A DNA stretch of 64,000 bases, from the NCBI GenBank assembly GCA_046563655.1, contig CM102287.1, positions 2,542,001 through 2,606,000 of the forward strand, in the 5' to 3' direction. Both the position numbers and the translations under genes were made by a program. Positions 61,350 through 64,000 of the stretch are shown piece by piece. Position 1 is the stretch's first letter, and the number at the start of each line of letters is the position of its first letter. This stretch comes from Yuukianura sp. NJ FZ-2021 (lineage: Eukaryota). Below the pieces are notes generated by a model, which worked only from the letters and a program-made list of their open reading frames with translations, did not search any database and was not told the DNA's origin.

Positions 61350-62758
61350 ATGGGAAACAACCAAAGTCAGAATGTGGACAGCTGGAGAACCCCTACCCAT
61401 GCGGACTTGGTTTTTGCCAATTCAGAGGTATTTTGAAATGAATTTTTTAAAGTTGAGGTCAAAGGTCAATTTTTTTTTTGGTGTGAAGATCATTTGGAAC
61501 ATTCTTGGAATGCTGGAGAATGAAGAAATTCAAAAAAGTCGCCGAGTGAACAAGACGATCAATTTCATCGCTAGTAAAGTTTTGAGTCGGCGGAAAAATG
61601 GAGCCGCAAGATTTTACGGATCGAAGGCTATCGCAGAATTTGTGGAGCGAATGGACATGAGACTGGAGGAAACAATTCCATATTCGGCTTTCACCTTTGA
61701 CCTCGCCAGAATTCCGGTTTCAGGAGTCGAACGGTTCGGAACGAACTTCGGACCGGAAGTACGCAAGGTCACGCTCAATCTGGACTTTGACCCGCCGCCT
61801 CCGACAACTTGGTCGTCATTTCTTTCACGTCTAACAGGTGAAAAGTTTTAACTTAAAACCTAGTTTTAGCCAGATTTTAGCCGGATTTTAACCATTTTAA
61901 CTGTTTTGACCAGATTTCACACTTCCCGGCCAGACTAGTGCCAAGGTCAAAGCCATTTTTTTGCTAACCATGACCCCAAATCTAGAAGAACTTCGCCTGG
62001 AATTCAAAGATCGGCAGGAAAATGTGTTGACCTTGGATGACCTCGCGGGGCTTCCGAATTTTCCAAAACTCAAAAATTTTGAAATTTGTGACCTGGAGAA
62101 CCGTTGTCCAATGGGCACTCTGCGCCTGTTGGTTCCGCCCCCAATTCAAGACGAACACCAAAGTCACATGACTTTCTTGACTGCAGTGATGCAAAAAGCG
62201 CCATCTTTGGACAAAATCAAAATCAGCAGAGTTGACCGCTACCTGTGCCCGATTCTGCAGCACATTCCAACTCTTTTCTCAGAAATGGATAGAACACCTC
62301 CAGCACTGACCCTTGACCTTCACTTTATGCTGAGTGGTCACCCTAACCTGTACTCCAGTCACTGGGATTTCATGAATGAGTTGACCCGTCAAGGCTACAC
62401 TCAACTGACTCAACTCTGTGTAACGATTTTAATACCGACGTTTACTCTGATGCTAGATTTTTGGGACTTCGTTCACCTTCAGGCTCTGCGACTACAAAAA
62501 CTGGCACTCTACATTGTTTTTCTTGACGCGAACCTCTTTCCTTGGCGGTTGTTACGGTTTCCGGTCATGCCGAACTTGACCTCATTTGACCTCGTCGTGT
62601 ACAACTTTGGGGACTTACCGCTCATGCCGATTGACGTCAACCCAGCACTTTTTCCCAAACTGGGACCCTTGACCACAGAGTACAACACTGACTTGATTCC
62701 AAGACTTCGGTTCGGTCAGGTTGTAGTTACGAGCAACTCAAACCGAAACGAACAGTGA
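61350..62758 (+). CDS. F-box-like/LRR-like protein copy 4, ~423 aa; exons 61350-61427, 61489-61837, 61914-62758
   Basis: Paralog (MGNNQS start) with in-frame splices. Confidence 0.75.
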
Positions 62759-64000
62759 CCTCGAAATGAAAATTTAAAAAAAAATTTGAAAAAGTTGTGT
62801 GAAGTGTCGTCGCATAATTTGGGGCCAATTTCGACTCCCCACTTTTGAATAAAACCGGAATTAAAATAAATTTTTGTAAAACTGGTTCATAAATTATTCG
62901 AAAGTTGCGTTAAAGTCAAAAAATTGTCAAAACATTTGGTCAACCCCTGCTGGATTTTGGGTTTTATGAAACATTCCTACGAGCATCAGCCACAGCATCT
63001 TCAGAGATGAACATCAGTAGCAGCATCCCTGGTCCATCATCTGAACTGAAATGACCTCACAAGACGCCTTCCGGAGTGGCCCCATTGTCATGCTCCTCAT
63101 GTCCACTTTTAAGTGTCACACTTTTATAAGGGTCCACCAGTCACTAGGGTACTTAAGTCCCCTCGAAATGTCCAGTATTCAAAGACTTCAAGTACCTCCG
63201 GAGGTCATAACTTTAGAAAACGACAATCTCGTGACCTCTGACCTCCCGGACACAAAAGTTTTATAGAGTGACGATGATAAAAGTGACAAGATTGCACAGA
63301 AGCAACTGTTGATTCAAAAGTGAAGACTTCTTTTTCCATTGAATTCGGCCCCAATTTTGAAAAATTTTCACTCCTTCTCCAAAGATTGTCTTTTTCGGGT
63401 TCCCTTTTTTTAACCCCGAGAAACTCAAATGTCAAGGTCACTTTTTCAAAATTTAAAAAGTGAAATGCTCTTTTTAAAAATTTTGAATAGATTTTAATTC
63501 GTAGTAATCAAGTGTAAAATCTGTTTAGTCAGCGTGACCTGTTAGAATTGTGTTCTCCAGAATCCATCTGCTTGTGACTTGTAATTAGCTCTTCACTTTT
63601 AGTCATCCAAGCGTTTGACATTTGAATTGTCCCGCTCTCTCTCTGCGTTTCGCACCGAAGTTTGAATTGTCCCGTTCTCTTTGCATTCCTCTTCCACTGC
63701 AGTTCTGTGTTTTGTATTTTAATTCCTCATTTGGAATCTCATTTCGAAATTTGAGATGATTCAATTTGGAAATCGGAATGAGAGAGATGAGAGTGGAGTC
63801 ACAATTACTAAAATGTCAATCAACTCCCGCCTCAGAGGACAGATCATTTATTCACACTCTCATCTTCACAAGATCAGCAGCATCCATGGACCAAAACTTT
63901 CTTCTCATGCTGTACATTTAAATTAGATTTGCTACACTCTTGAATCCATAAACTCCTAAACTTAATCCTTTCCATTTCAAATGTCTGTCAAATCAAAACT

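Noticed and set aside
63051..63266. 71-aa ORF
   Set aside because: Short, with no motif and no supporting exon structure.

Overview
AT-rich, intron-containing animal DNA. It is most likely an arthropod; a springtail-like hexapod is an inference from the secreted intradiol dioxygenase and the F-box/LRR-like tandem array. Recognisable genes are an 11-exon NPC1-family sterol transporter (19480-24830), a 5-exon long-Toll receptor (36924-42996), an acatalytic membrane alpha-carbonic-anhydrase-like protein with a ~230-aa coiled-coil insert (43757-46256), an intronless secreted intradiol dioxygenase-like gene (49379-50299) and four tandem myristoylation-motif F-box-like genes (55011-62758). The most unusual content is a cluster of 11 divergent, coding-intronless genes for small signal-peptide, GPI-tail proteins. 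They share a C..C..CC-x7-9-C..C scaffold whose pattern of cysteine co-loss fits insulin-type disulfide connectivity. Two non-autonomous Transib-like insertions have CAC(A/T)GTG termini and 5-bp target-site duplications. One carries a 12-RSS-like end with its empty site visible in a paralogous copy, and the other is a 1.1-kb foldback in a Toll intron. Also present are a tRNA-like element in an NPC1 intron, a MITE-like palindrome, RFX X-box-like motifs and pervasive AGGTCA repeats. All exon models were derived by hand from GT-AG sites and frame continuity.
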